Source: Bdellovibrionota bacterium (GTDB taxonomy: Bacteria; Bdellovibrionota_C; UBA2361; JAFLCA01). Taken from it: a DNA stretch of 64,000 nt. This document shows positions 19,182-28,934 of this stretch, in pieces; positions within the stretch are counted from its first letter, which is position 1; each line of letters opens with the position of its first letter. The notes under the pieces were generated by a model. The model was not told the origin of the DNA and made no database searches. It saw nothing but the letters and a program-made list of their open reading frames with translations. The stretch spans positions 11,741-75,740 of the forward strand of contig JBIKUD010000010.1 in assembly GCA_044347745.1 (NCBI GenBank), in the 5' to 3' direction. A program made the position numbers and the translations under genes.

Positions 19182-20024
19182 ATGGCAAAAAACGAGACCT
19201 GGTGGCAGCTTGTACTTACTGCCCCTGAACTAGAACAAAACTCGGCCCAACTCTTTGACCTTGGTTTTCAAGGCATTGTCGTGCAAAGCGCTCACAAAGT
19301 GACCTCGTATATAAGCATCAGCGCAGCCGATTTGCCACAACTTCAATCTGCGCTCACCCACCTTCAAATTGAATGCGAAAGCAGTCAACAAATTAAAGAG
19401 CAGAACTGGAACCTAAGCTGCCCAGCATTGTGGGAAAAATTACAAATTGGAAAATTTTCTATTCTGCCCGTTGAAACCACATTAGAAGCCCCTACTCCAC
19501 AGCCCTTTCAAATTGCAGTTATTCCAGGCACTGGTTTTGGCACCGGTCATCATCCCTCTACCGCAGCAGCATTAACGCTGATGCAACATGCAAAGCTTTT
19601 AGCAGAACCACCCGCCACCATTTTGGACCTGGGCACCGGAAGCGGCATTTTATCCATAGCCGCCGCTCAGCTATTTAGGCAGCCCATTTTGGCAATAGAT
19701 AACGACCCCGCAGCTCTCGACAACGCGCGAGACAATATTGAAATGAATGCAGCGAGTAATATTGATTTGCAGCTACAAGAAGCATCGGCACTTTCAGGCT
19801 CTTTCAACTTGATACTCGCAAATATCTATGCTGAACTACTTTTAGATTTGATGCCGGTGCTTCAGCGTGTGAGCAAGCCTAAGACTTGGCTCATTTGTGC
19901 TGGCATTCTTGATTATTTAGCGCCCCAAGTTATTTCTGCCTATGAAGTAGCCGGGTGGGAACTTATAGAATCTGCACATCAGGGGGAATGGGTTGCACTT
20001 TTGTGGAAACGCACACCACAATAG
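19182..20024 (+). CDS. prmA: ribosomal protein L11 methyltransferase
   Basis: LDLGTGSGILSIAAAQL...AIDNDPAALDNARDNIEMN are the SAM-methyltransferase motifs typical of PrmA. 280 aa. Confidence 0.85.
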   Translation: MAKNETWWQLVLTAPELEQNSAQLFDLGFQGIVVQSAHKVTSYISISAADLPQLQSALTHLQIECESSQQIKEQNWNLSCPALWEKLQIGKFSILPVETTLEAPTPQPFQIAVIPGTGFGTGHHPSTAAALTLMQHAKLLAEPPATILDLGTGSGILSIAAAQLFRQPILAIDNDPAALDNARDNIEMNAASNIDLQLQEASALSGSFNLILANIYAELLLDLMPVLQRVSKPKTWLICAGILDYLAPQVISAYEVAGWELIESAHQGEWVALLWKRTPQ

Positions 20025-20248
20025 TCTAGAAGACATCTCATAATTCGTATATTTGAGATGCGTTCTAGAAACCATCTCATAGTTGGTAAATTTGAGATGG
20101 TTTCTAGGCGCGCCAAGGATGGCGTGCTCGGCGACCGAGCTTGTGAGGAAGCCGGTGCGACGCAAGGACGGGGCTTTTATGGGGTCCCCGTCCGAGCTTG
20201 GAGCACTCTCATAAATGCCAAGGATGGCATTTATGAGATGAGTTCTAG
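20025..20248. repeat. array of related hairpin-forming palindromic repeats (REP/MITE-like) in the prmA-downstream intergenic region
   Basis: TCTAGA..CATCTCA..TGAGATG..TCTAGA (20025-20069). A perfect 15 bp stem ctagaaaccatctca/tgagatggtttctag (20065-20107). GC hairpin ggacgggg/ccccgtcc (20166-20193). A perfect 13 bp palindrome ctcataaatgcca-agga-tggcatttatgag (20208-20237). The motifs gccaaggatggc and ccgagcttg each recur twice. Confidence 0.7.
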
Positions 20249-20283
20249 TGAATAATTGAATTTCGTCTTTTTAAGGAGCGTGT

Positions 20284-21315
20284 ATGAAGGCCGTATTTTT
20301 TGAACAGCATGGTGAAATTGATGTGCTTAAATACGCCGATTTACCCGAACCAACGCTAAACGTGGGCGAAGTCTTAGTAAAAGTAAAAGCAGTAGCGCTT
20401 AACCATCTCGATATTTGGGTGCGTCGTGGCTGGAAAGGCCTCAATCTTGAAATGCCCCACATTACCGGAAGTGATATTGCGGGTGAAATTGTCAAAGCAA
20501 ACACCCCCCATTCACAATGGTCGCCTGGTACCCCAGTGATGATTAACCCTGGCGTAATTACGGCAGAAGATGAATGGACCCGCTCTGGCGAAGCCAGTGT
20601 CAGCCCGCATTACAAAATTTTGGGCGAACAGCTTCGCGGCGGCATGGCCGAATATGTGTGTGTACCAGCAGCAAACGTGTTCAAAATTCCTGAAGGCATA
20701 AAATATGAGGAAGCCTGCGCCCCATTGCTGGTGGGAACCACCGTATGGCGCATGCTCTTTAAACAAGCAAATTTGCGCGCGGGGCACAGTGTGTTGGTGG
20801 TAGGAGCTGGCGGTGGGGTGAACTCGCTGGCCATTCAAATATGTAAGGCCGCCGGAGCCACGGTGTATGCCTTAGCTGGCACCAAAGAAAAAGCAAAAAA
20901 AGCAGCCGAGCTTGGAGCCACTGAAGTAATTAATTATGCCGAGAAAACAAACTGGGCCGCTGAGTTATTGAAACTAACCAAAGGCCGAGGAGTAGATATC
21001 GTTATTGATAACGTCGGCGCCCGAACCATGGGACAAAGCACCCGCGCCGTAGCGCGTGGCGGCACCATTGTAACGGTAGGCGCAACCAGCGGCTATGAAC
21101 TGGCCCTTGATGCCCGACTCTTTTTCACCAAACAAATTAAGCTGGTAGGCTCCACCATGGGTAACGGCCAAGACTTTATAAACGCCCTTGAATTTATGTT
21201 TCGTAACGGCATTAAGCCCGTTATTGATCAAATTGCCCCGCTTAAGGATGGCATTAAAATGCTTAAACATCTTGAAGAGGGTAAACAGTTTGGCAAAATT
21301 GTGTTGGTGCCCTAA
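20284..21315 (+). CDS. zinc-type alcohol dehydrogenase / quinone oxidoreductase (MDR superfamily)
   Basis: MKAVFFEQHGEIDVLKYADLPEP..GEVLVKVKAVALNHLD and a VVGAGGGVNSLAIQ Rossmann motif. AAGGAG ribosome-binding site. Confidence 0.85.
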   Translation: MKAVFFEQHGEIDVLKYADLPEPTLNVGEVLVKVKAVALNHLDIWVRRGWKGLNLEMPHITGSDIAGEIVKANTPHSQWSPGTPVMINPGVITAEDEWTRSGEASVSPHYKILGEQLRGGMAEYVCVPAANVFKIPEGIKYEEACAPLLVGTTVWRMLFKQANLRAGHSVLVVGAGGGVNSLAIQICKAAGATVYALAGTKEKAKKAAELGATEVINYAEKTNWAAELLKLTKGRGVDIVIDNVGARTMGQSTRAVARGGTIVTVGATSGYELALDARLFFTKQIKLVGSTMGNGQDFINALEFMFRNGIKPVIDQIAPLKDGIKMLKHLEEGKQFGKIVLVP

Positions 21316-21434
21316 TTAGGCGGGCAGCCAATTTTTTGATCGGGGCCAGGTGCTGATAAAACGCAGGCCGGGTCAAAGTCAGAGTGCGGGTTGACGGAGT
21401 GCGGTTCAAAAGAGAAGTAAGGCAGTTCTAGCCC

Positions 21435-23087
21435 CTACTTTTTCAACGACGATTGGATTTGTACAATACGTTCCCTATAACGACTTGCTTCTTCATCAAA
21501 AGGGTATTGGGGCCGGAGTTCTTGAAATATTGATTTCAGTTCGGGCAACACATCGAGCCCAGCGCCTGGCAGCAGCTCTAGTTCAAGCCGACGCCGCAGC
21601 ACGTCTTCGATTGTTTCGGCTTGCTCCGCTTGTAGCGCAAATTCAATTTCGCCGCGAATACTAAAAGGGCCGATTGGTTTTAGGAGTTCGGGCTTATCGA
21701 GAAAATATTTACAGAGCCCCCCGTAACGCGACAGCACGGAGTCAATAAGCGCATCGGACAATTTATGTGCGTGAGCGGCATTTCTAAACTTTTCCGCAAT
21801 TTCTTGGTTTTGAGTGGCCCCCGGAAAAGGCCGTTTTTCTACGCCTGCTATTGTTTTTGAAACTGAAGTTAATTCGCATACCTGCTGTAAGCCTTGCTGC
21901 ACGGTGCTCATGGCGGTGGTGAACTTACCTCCGAGCAACGATAGCACTCCTCCGGAAAATGACCAAACGGGTTTACGTGAAATATCGGATGTTGAGTGGG
22001 CTCGGGAATCGGAAACAAGTGTGCGTAATCCGGCAAAGCCGTAGTACAAACTTTCTCGATTGAGGCCCGCTGCCGGAATATCTTTTTGTAACCTGGCTAA
22101 AAGTTCTTCAACTTCTTGCTGGCTTGGTTGTGGATCCCAGCTTGGCTCGGCCACGGCAGCTTCGGTGGTTCCCACCATGGTGCCTCCGGGATGCGGCCAC
22201 ACAAAATAAAATCGCCCTCTCCCGCCTAAGGGCAAAAACAGTGCTGGCCCATGCCAGGGCCGCGCAAACAAAAGATGCGCGCCGCGACTGTAGGTAACGT
22301 GCTGGTTTAACTTGGCTCCGGGCAATCGGCCTAATTGTGCAACCCACGGACCAGAACAATTAACCACAATTCCGGCAGCTATTTCATACTTAGAATTTGT
22401 AAGAGTATCAGTAAATCCAACTACTACCCTGCGCCCTGTTTGATGGTGTAAAGAATCAACGCGCGCATAGTTTAAGGTCAGTGCTCCTTCCTGCCGCGCC
22501 GCGATAATATTTTCTTGCACAAGTCGAGTGTCGCGCATGATGCCATCAAAATAGACTAAGCCGCTGTGCGGCTGCTGGCTGGCCCCCTTAAATAACTCCG
22601 TATTGAGCTCGGCTGAAGTTGCAGTGTGAGATTTTCTATTTGGTTGGCGCACAAAATAATCGTAAAGCCAAAGCCCGATTCGATACTTGGTTCGCTGAAA
22701 CAAGGAATTGCTAAATTGTGGTAACAAAAATGGGTACGGTTTTACAAGGTGCGGAGCAGTTTCGAAAAGTGCTTCGCGGCAACGAATGCCTTCAAAAACT
22801 TGTGAGAAATCAAAAAGTTCTAAGTACCGAAGTCCGCCATGCGCCATTTTTGAGCTACGGCTGGATGTGGCCGAGGCGTAATCTTGAGCTTCCAATAAGA
22901 CGGTGCGAAATCCATTCAGTGCAGCTAGACGGGCAAACGCTGCGCCGTGAATACCTCCACCAACTACGAGGATGTCGCAGGCCGGACTACGCTGAAGCGA
23001 GCGAATCACTTTTTCTCGCTCTACCCCCAAAAAGCCAAAAGGGGCTGAGGCGTCCTGCCCGTCTAGATTGGAATATTCACTGTACAA
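21435..23087 (-). CDS. glpD: FAD-dependent glycerol-3-phosphate dehydrogenase
   Basis: DILVVGGGIHGAAFARLAALNG..LLEAQDYASATSSRSSKMAHGGLRYLE is typical of GlpD/GlpA. Confidence 0.85.
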   Translation of the reverse strand: MYSEYSNLDGQDASAPFGFLGVEREKVIRSLQRSPACDILVVGGGIHGAAFARLAALNGFRTVLLEAQDYASATSSRSSKMAHGGLRYLELFDFSQVFEGIRCREALFETAPHLVKPYPFLLPQFSNSLFQRTKYRIGLWLYDYFVRQPNRKSHTATSAELNTELFKGASQQPHSGLVYFDGIMRDTRLVQENIIAARQEGALTLNYARVDSLHHQTGRRVVVGFTDTLTNSKYEIAAGIVVNCSGPWVAQLGRLPGAKLNQHVTYSRGAHLLFARPWHGPALFLPLGGRGRFYFVWPHPGGTMVGTTEAAVAEPSWDPQPSQQEVEELLARLQKDIPAAGLNRESLYYGFAGLRTLVSDSRAHSTSDISRKPVWSFSGGVLSLLGGKFTTAMSTVQQGLQQVCELTSVSKTIAGVEKRPFPGATQNQEIAEKFRNAAHAHKLSDALIDSVLSRYGGLCKYFLDKPELLKPIGPFSIRGEIEFALQAEQAETIEDVLRRRLELELLPGAGLDVLPELKSIFQELRPQYPFDEEASRYRERIVQIQSSLKK

Positions 23088-23412
23088 TCTTTACCTCGAG
23101 CACACTGGGGCTAGTTCCTTGAGATTGAATTTTCCACTCACCGGCGGGAACAGAATTAAAAACGACACTATTGCCGTTAATTTGAGATTTTAAGGGTGCA
23201 CTTAGGCCATCCACACTTACCAGTTCAAGATCTGCAGATTGGCTTGCATCTTTAAGCCTAATTTCAACCCTGGCGGATTTGGCAACTTGCTTTACGGCAC
23301 GAGTTAACCCAATAGAGTCGAGCACCTTGAGCTCTTCTGCTTGAATTAGGCTAGAGAAAAAAAATCCAACTCCAAGCGCTAAGGCCAAAGTAGCATATTT
23401 TACTTTTTGCAT
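23077..23412 (-). CDS. small secreted protein (111 aa), hypothetical
   Basis: Signal peptide MQKVKYATLALALGVGFFFSSLIQA. Its stop overlaps the glpD start by 11 nt. Confidence 0.5.
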   Translation of the reverse strand: MQKVKYATLALALGVGFFFSSLIQAEELKVLDSIGLTRAVKQVAKSARVEIRLKDASQSADLELVSVDGLSAPLKSQINGNSVVFNSVPAGEWKIQSQGTSPSVLEVKIVQ

Positions 23413-23448
23413 AGGCTTACCCGGAGCAAATAACCAAAGAAATGTATC

Positions 23449-23625
23449 AGAGCGCGTAACAAAATGAAGGCTACTGCGCCAAGCGATATATGGCCTGCTA
23501 CATCGTCAGCCTACGCAAAGAAATCCTCAATGTAGCCCTGCTACGTTTGGGGTTCCTTTGCTTGCCTTCCTTGTTTCGGCTCATATCTCACTCGTCTCGT
23601 AACGCCTACAATTTGTTACGCGCTC
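23449..23625. repeat. 177 bp element bounded by perfect 15 bp inverted repeats (agagcgcgtaacaaa / tttgttacgcgctct)
   Basis: Read directly. The interior has cctgctac twice and ctcgtctcg. It lies between the purD 3' end and the small secreted protein gene. Confidence 0.6.
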
Positions 23626-23684
23626 TAGGTCGCTTTGTTCGTAGTATAACCAAGAATTAGAAAGAGCGCACGGCCCAGAATCTT

Positions 23685-24932
23685 CTATCTCATTCCAATG
23701 TCTCTGCGTACCTGGCGGTTCTTAAACTGAATCATATCTACCGCTCGATAGGCTTGGCCTCTTGCTTCGTCTATGGTGCGGCCTTGGGCGGTAACGCTCA
23801 GCACTCGCCCACCGGCGACACAAAAGCTGCCTGCTTTAACCTCGGTGCCGGCATGAAACACTTGCACTGTGGGAATTTGGCTCGCAAATTCTAGTCCGGT
23901 AATTGGTGCCCCAAGTTTTGGGCTTTGTGGATACCCCTCTGCCGCCAACACGACACAGACAGTAGCCAATGGACTCCACGAGACCTGCGGGGGCTCTGAG
24001 GCCAGCAGCCCCTGAAGCACCTGAAATAAGTCGGAATCTAAACGCCGCATAATGCTTTGAGTCTCTGGATCGCCAAGCCTCGTGTTAAACTCGAGCACAT
24101 GCACCTTGCCTTGCGGAGAAATCATAAGGCCCGCATACAAAAACCCACTAAAGGGCTGACCGCGACGTTTCATTTCCTGAAGCATTGGGCGAATTACGTG
24201 TTCTATGGCCCAAGCTTCTTGCTCGGAACTGAGGTGCGTTGTTGGACTGACTGAACCCATGCCTCCGGTGTTGGGCCCCTCATCGTTATCTGCAATGCGT
24301 TTATAATCATGTGTGCTAACCAGCGGCACTATAAGCTCGCCGTGGGCTGCAACTATCAACGATGCCTCAAGCCCCTCTAAAAACTCCTCGGCTACCACCA
24401 CTTCAGCTTTTAGTTCATCAAATAGCAGCGGAAGCGCCTCGCGCGCTTCTTCGGAATTCTTGCAGACTACAACCCCTTTTCCAGCTGCAAGCCCATCGGC
24501 CTTCAGCACTATTGGCCCCGCTAGTGCGGCAATAAATTTTTCTGCTTCAGGCCGCGACCGTAGGCTTGTGTACTTAGCGGTGGGCACTCCGGCAGCTATC
24601 ATCACCTCTTTGGCAAATTGTTTTGAAGCTTCGAGGCGAGCAGCGGCTTGGGATGGTCCGAATATGGGTAAATTATACCTGGTAAATAAATCTACAATTC
24701 CAAGACTTAAGGGAACTTCTGGCCCAACTACCGTAAGTGAAATCTGCTTTTGCTTGGCAAATTCTGCAAGCTCGTTCAATTTGGTGACTGCCAAAGGCAC
24801 AAGCTCGGCACATGCAGCGATACCCGGATTACCTGGCGCGCAGTACACTTTTTGCACCAGCTTTGACTGCGAAAGTTTCCAACAAAGTGCGTGCTCGCGG
24901 GCTCCTGAACCAATAACCAAAACAGATTTCAT
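23685..24932 (-). CDS. purD: phosphoribosylamine--glycine ligase
   Basis: MKSVLVIGSGAREHAL N-terminus and the ATP-grasp body. I chose the internal ATG because the upstream extension is non-conserved. Confidence 0.9.
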   Translation of the reverse strand: MKSVLVIGSGAREHALCWKLSQSKLVQKVYCAPGNPGIAACAELVPLAVTKLNELAEFAKQKQISLTVVGPEVPLSLGIVDLFTRYNLPIFGPSQAAARLEASKQFAKEVMIAAGVPTAKYTSLRSRPEAEKFIAALAGPIVLKADGLAAGKGVVVCKNSEEAREALPLLFDELKAEVVVAEEFLEGLEASLIVAAHGELIVPLVSTHDYKRIADNDEGPNTGGMGSVSPTTHLSSEQEAWAIEHVIRPMLQEMKRRGQPFSGFLYAGLMISPQGKVHVLEFNTRLGDPETQSIMRRLDSDLFQVLQGLLASEPPQVSWSPLATVCVVLAAEGYPQSPKLGAPITGLEFASQIPTVQVFHAGTEVKAGSFCVAGGRVLSVTAQGRTIDEARGQAYRAVDMIQFKNRQVRRDIGMR

Positions 24933-24942
24933 AGTGCAAAAT

Positions 24943-26496
24943 TTAATGTCTAAAGTGTCTATCAGGGGCAAACAAAAGACAGATGCCGCTGGTATTTGCG
25001 GCGGCAACTACTTCTTCATCTCGTTTGGCGCCTTTGGGTGCCACAATGGCCGTTACTCCTGCTTGGGCTAGCACTTCCACCGAGTCGGTAAACGGGAAAA
25101 ACGCATCTGAGGCCACACTGGCGCCGATAACCTGATGTCCATGCAATTTGGCCTTATGCAAGGCTAGATCAACTGAATCGATACGACTCATCTGCCCTGC
25201 CCCAACGCCAATTAATAGCCCGTCACGCACGATGACGATGGCATTTGATTTAACATGGGCACAAATTTTCCAGGCTAATTGAAGATCGCTCATTTGCGCT
25301 GTGTTTGGAATTTTGCTGGTCATCACCTCAAGCTCTGCTACGGAGCTGCTTCCTGTATCTCGCTGCTGAAGCAAAATGCCACCGGCAACAGAGCGCCATT
25401 CAAGCGGGGTCTTAAAGTTCAAATCAGCTTGTATGAGTCTTAAATTCTTATTTTTGCTCAGCACTTGCAGCGCAGTGGCGCTATAGCTTGGCGCCAACAC
25501 GATTTCAGCAAAATCTTCTTTCACCCCCAAAGCAGCTTCTTCATCAACGGTAACGTTAAAGGCAATAATTCCCCCAAAATGACTGCGGGGGTCACAGTGT
25601 TTTGCTTTTTGAAGGGCCATGCTCGCCGTCTGACCAAGCGCAGCTCCACATGGATTAAGATGTTTTACAATAACTGCGGCCGGTTGCTGAGTCGGAAACT
25701 CTTGAATAAGCCGCAACACCGCATCAACATCGAGCAAATTATTGTAAGAGAGCTCTTTTCCTTGAAGCTGCTTCCAGGGGGCGTTCTGGGATTCAAATTG
25801 CCTGTAGTATGCAGCTTCTTGGTGCGGGTTCTCTCCATATCTGAGAGCTTGAGATTTTAGAAGCACGGCTCCTTGAATTGGACTAAATGCGGCGCCGCGT
25901 TCTGCATCGTCAATATTTGAGAAATAGCGAGCAATTTCTAAGTTATCGTGGGCCAAATGGGTAAACACCTTTACAGCTAGAGAGCGGCGAAGCTTGAGTT
26001 GCGCCGCTACATCTTGAGACGTAAGGCTCTGAAGCACTTCTGGATAATCAAGCGGATCAATTACGGGATACACGGAACCATGATTTTTGGCAGCGGCACG
26101 AATCATGGTTGGCCCGCCCACATCTACAAACTCAATCATGTGTTCTGGGTCTTTGGCTTCAGGGGTATTTAAATTCTTTGTAAATGGATACAAATTTACT
26201 GCGGCAATTTCGATGGGCAAAATGCCATCTGCTTCAATTTGGCGCATATGTGCAGGGTCATCTCGGCGTGCAAGTAGTCCAGCGTGTATGCGCGGATGTA
26301 ATGTTTTGACGCGCCCATCGAGAATTTCTTTTTGGCCGGTGTACTCTTCAATTGGTGTGCTATTGATGCCAACACCGGACAAAAACTTTGCGGTGCCGGA
26401 GGTCGTCAGAAGGACATACCCAAGGCTTACAAGTTCTCTTGCAAATGCTTCAAGCCCAGTTCTATCAGAGACGCTGAGTAACGCTGCCTTTTTCAT
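24943..26496 (-). CDS. purH: bifunctional AICAR formyltransferase / IMP cyclohydrolase
   Basis: MKKAALLSVSDRTGLEAFARELVSLGYVLLTTSGTAKFL MGS-like N-terminus and the AICARFT body. 10 nt upstream of purD. Confidence 0.92.
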   Translation of the reverse strand: MKKAALLSVSDRTGLEAFARELVSLGYVLLTTSGTAKFLSGVGINSTPIEEYTGQKEILDGRVKTLHPRIHAGLLARRDDPAHMRQIEADGILPIEIAAVNLYPFTKNLNTPEAKDPEHMIEFVDVGGPTMIRAAAKNHGSVYPVIDPLDYPEVLQSLTSQDVAAQLKLRRSLAVKVFTHLAHDNLEIARYFSNIDDAERGAAFSPIQGAVLLKSQALRYGENPHQEAAYYRQFESQNAPWKQLQGKELSYNNLLDVDAVLRLIQEFPTQQPAAVIVKHLNPCGAALGQTASMALQKAKHCDPRSHFGGIIAFNVTVDEEAALGVKEDFAEIVLAPSYSATALQVLSKNKNLRLIQADLNFKTPLEWRSVAGGILLQQRDTGSSSVAELEVMTSKIPNTAQMSDLQLAWKICAHVKSNAIVIVRDGLLIGVGAGQMSRIDSVDLALHKAKLHGHQVIGASVASDAFFPFTDSVEVLAQAGVTAIVAPKGAKRDEEVVAAANTSGICLLFAPDRHFRH

Positions 26497-26628
26497 GTGA
26501 CGCCTGTTCGCTGCTGTTCAAAAATTAACTAATTTTAGATTTGCCAAAGCATGTTTTGCTGCTACGAAACAGTACTCCAAAGTCACTGAAGACTCCAGAG
26601 AATGCTGGGGGGCACGGAGAACAAGGGT

Positions 26629-28731
26629 TTAATTGTCGGATGGGATGATATGAGCAAGCTCATCTAATTCAGCTTCAGCAAGTTCGCGCTCGCGGCTTAA
26701 CTCGCGGCGTTTAATGTCTTTTGCTTTGGCATCAGAGCTCATTAATATTTTTAGGTATTCTTCTTCCCGCCGTGTTTCTTCAATTTGATTCAAAGTTTTA
26801 TCACGTTTAAAAGTAAGCTCGGCGATTGATTTGTCAGAATCAGAGACTTCGCTTTCTATAGCGCGCTTTACTTCCTCGGTAAGCTCTCTTTGGCGCTCCT
26901 TACGGGCCTTGGCAAGCTCGACTACTTTCTTTTCTTGCGCTGAATCTGAAGGATTATAACGCAGCACCTCTGCTTCCTTAAGATATGACCAAGTGGCCAG
27001 CTCAAATACTTCTTTTTTCTCTTTTACTGCTGAAGAGGCCACAGCTACTTCTGCGGCTAAATTGATAGGATCGGTGGCTGCAAGGCGCTTACGACGTCCA
27101 TACCAGACTGCAAGCTTGCGGGTAGCCACATCAATTTGAGCTCGTAAGTCTTCCTGCTCTGTCTCTAATAATTGTTTATGCTCTCGTACAGAACGTAAGT
27201 TATCGGCTAGACGCGCAGAGAGCGGCTTATCAAAGGCTGATATTTTTTCGTCAAGCTCAGCTACTACTTGTTCAAGCGCATTTTTACGGCGCAATACTCG
27301 GCTATATTCGTCCGGCGCAAGTCCAAGCTCATGATTGGATTCTGGGGCGGTTGATGGCGCTTCTGCTTGAACAGGGCTGCCGCCTTGGTAAGTAAAACCA
27401 ATTCCAGCTACAGAGGTCTTGCGCTCTATAAGGTCAGATTTTACTTCCGGCTCAAGCCGTGCAACCTGAGCTTGCGGCACTTCAGGAGCTGTTATTTCTA
27501 CCGGCACCCGATGTCCGCCAGCTCCAAGCATACGTGGAGCATAAAACCCGCCCAGAAAACCTATAAGAGTGACTACGGTGAAGGCAGCCCCAAGCACGAT
27601 AGCACGAGAGAGCGGTTGACCTCTAAGGTGTGCCCAGCGTTCGCTTAAAGAAGCGGGCTGCACTGTTGAGCCAGGGTGGCCAGGGTTCAGTGTGGCGGCA
27701 GCTTCATGCGCCGGCTGCCCTTTGACTGCTTCGCTCTCACCCGCATTCGAAGCTTGGTGGACATTGGTGATTTCAATTTTTGGCTCAAGGACAACGGATT
27801 CGTTAACCAGGACTCCTTCAAGAGACTTATTATCTTCTACTCGAGGCTCAGCAAATAAATCTTCGCTGTGCTCAGCGCTTTGATGCCCCGGGCTCGTATG
27901 CAGCGGTGGATGAGTAATAGGCTCATCCATCGGCGCGCCCTCAAAGGCATCAGGTCCCACGGGGAACTCTTCGCCCACTTCCACTGCAATAACGGTGATA
28001 TTGTCCGTTCCGCCGCGCTCATTGGCAAGTTGCACCAACTTTTGCACGGCAACATCGATGTAGTTGTCTTGCATGACAGCCGCAATTTCGTGATCATGCA
28101 CCAAATTATACAGTCCGTCCGAGCAAAGCACATACATATCGCCACGCGCAGGACCATCGCCGCTAAGCCAGCAGTCAACTTCAATTGAAGGTCCTGGCCC
28201 AAGTGAACGGGTAAGCATATGCGAAACAGGGTGATTATCCGCTTGTTCTGGGCTAATTGCCCCAGATTTTAAAAGCTCCTGAACCAAGGTGTGATCGGTA
28301 GTAAGCTGGGCAATGTGGTTGTCACGTATGCGGTAGGCTCGTGAGTCGCCTACGCTCGAAATAAGGAGCTTGGTGCCGACAAAACCAATTCCCACGTAAG
28401 TGGTGCCCATGCCGGCTAGCGAAGGATCTCCTGAGCCCTTTTCGAAAATTTCTGCGTTTGCATGTTCGACTGCCGAGCAAATAGCAGCAGAGTTAAGTTC
28501 TGTTCTATCTTCGAGGCACTCTTTAATTACATTAACTGCAAGGTTTGAGGCGATACCTCCGCCCTTCACGCCGCCCATACCGTCGGCAACGACGTAGAGC
28601 TTAAAATGCTCTGACTCTATGACTCCAAAAGAATCTTGGTTCTCTTCGCGCCGCAAACCAATGTCGGTAGCAGCTGCATGTTTCACTGCAGCTAGTGGAG
28701 AGGGTGTTGCGTTTACCGTATCGGTCGTCAT
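26629..28731 (-). CDS. membrane-anchored PP2C-family Ser/Thr phosphatase with a long C-terminal coiled-coil domain
   Basis: The N-terminal 250 aa has the PP2C motifs (RREENQDSF, VADGMGG, GTT, DG..N, GGTDNITVI). A Pro-rich linker follows, then one TM helix (AIVLGAAFTVVTLIGFLGGFY), then 300 aa of highly charged heptad-like sequence. Confidence 0.8.
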   Translation of the reverse strand: MTTDTVNATPSPLAAVKHAAATDIGLRREENQDSFGVIESEHFKLYVVADGMGGVKGGGIASNLAVNVIKECLEDRTELNSAAICSAVEHANAEIFEKGSGDPSLAGMGTTYVGIGFVGTKLLISSVGDSRAYRIRDNHIAQLTTDHTLVQELLKSGAISPEQADNHPVSHMLTRSLGPGPSIEVDCWLSGDGPARGDMYVLCSDGLYNLVHDHEIAAVMQDNYIDVAVQKLVQLANERGGTDNITVIAVEVGEEFPVGPDAFEGAPMDEPITHPPLHTSPGHQSAEHSEDLFAEPRVEDNKSLEGVLVNESVVLEPKIEITNVHQASNAGESEAVKGQPAHEAAATLNPGHPGSTVQPASLSERWAHLRGQPLSRAIVLGAAFTVVTLIGFLGGFYAPRMLGAGGHRVPVEITAPEVPQAQVARLEPEVKSDLIERKTSVAGIGFTYQGGSPVQAEAPSTAPESNHELGLAPDEYSRVLRRKNALEQVVAELDEKISAFDKPLSARLADNLRSVREHKQLLETEQEDLRAQIDVATRKLAVWYGRRKRLAATDPINLAAEVAVASSAVKEKKEVFELATWSYLKEAEVLRYNPSDSAQEKKVVELAKARKERQRELTEEVKRAIESEVSDSDKSIAELTFKRDKTLNQIEETRREEEYLKILMSSDAKAKDIKRRELSRERELAEAELDELAHIIPSDN

Positions 28732-28934
28732 GAAAAAAAAGACCTTACTTGAAGGAGCGGTACGAGGGCTAAGATGCTCTAACTTCTATACTTATCGGCA
28801 GAAAGAGCGTAAATGCTTCAGCGCTTTATGCCAGGGCACCTGAGATAAGGCAAGCGCTAGGTAACATGCTGAAAAAGCTAAGTTAATTTGTGAGTTCCGT
28901 GGCCAAAGTTATGCCGGGACCTTAGGCAGGTAGT

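Noticed and set aside
20025-20248. Possible CRISPR array, given multiple similar palindromes
   Set aside because: The repeat units are not identical and not regularly spaced by unique spacers. No cas genes are nearby. Better described as a REP/MITE-like hairpin cluster.
19917-20255. Short ORFs 19917-20165 (-) and 20058-20255 (+) as protein-coding
   Set aside because: They lie entirely within the palindromic repeat array, have no ribosome-binding sites, and their frames are opened by the repeat symmetry.
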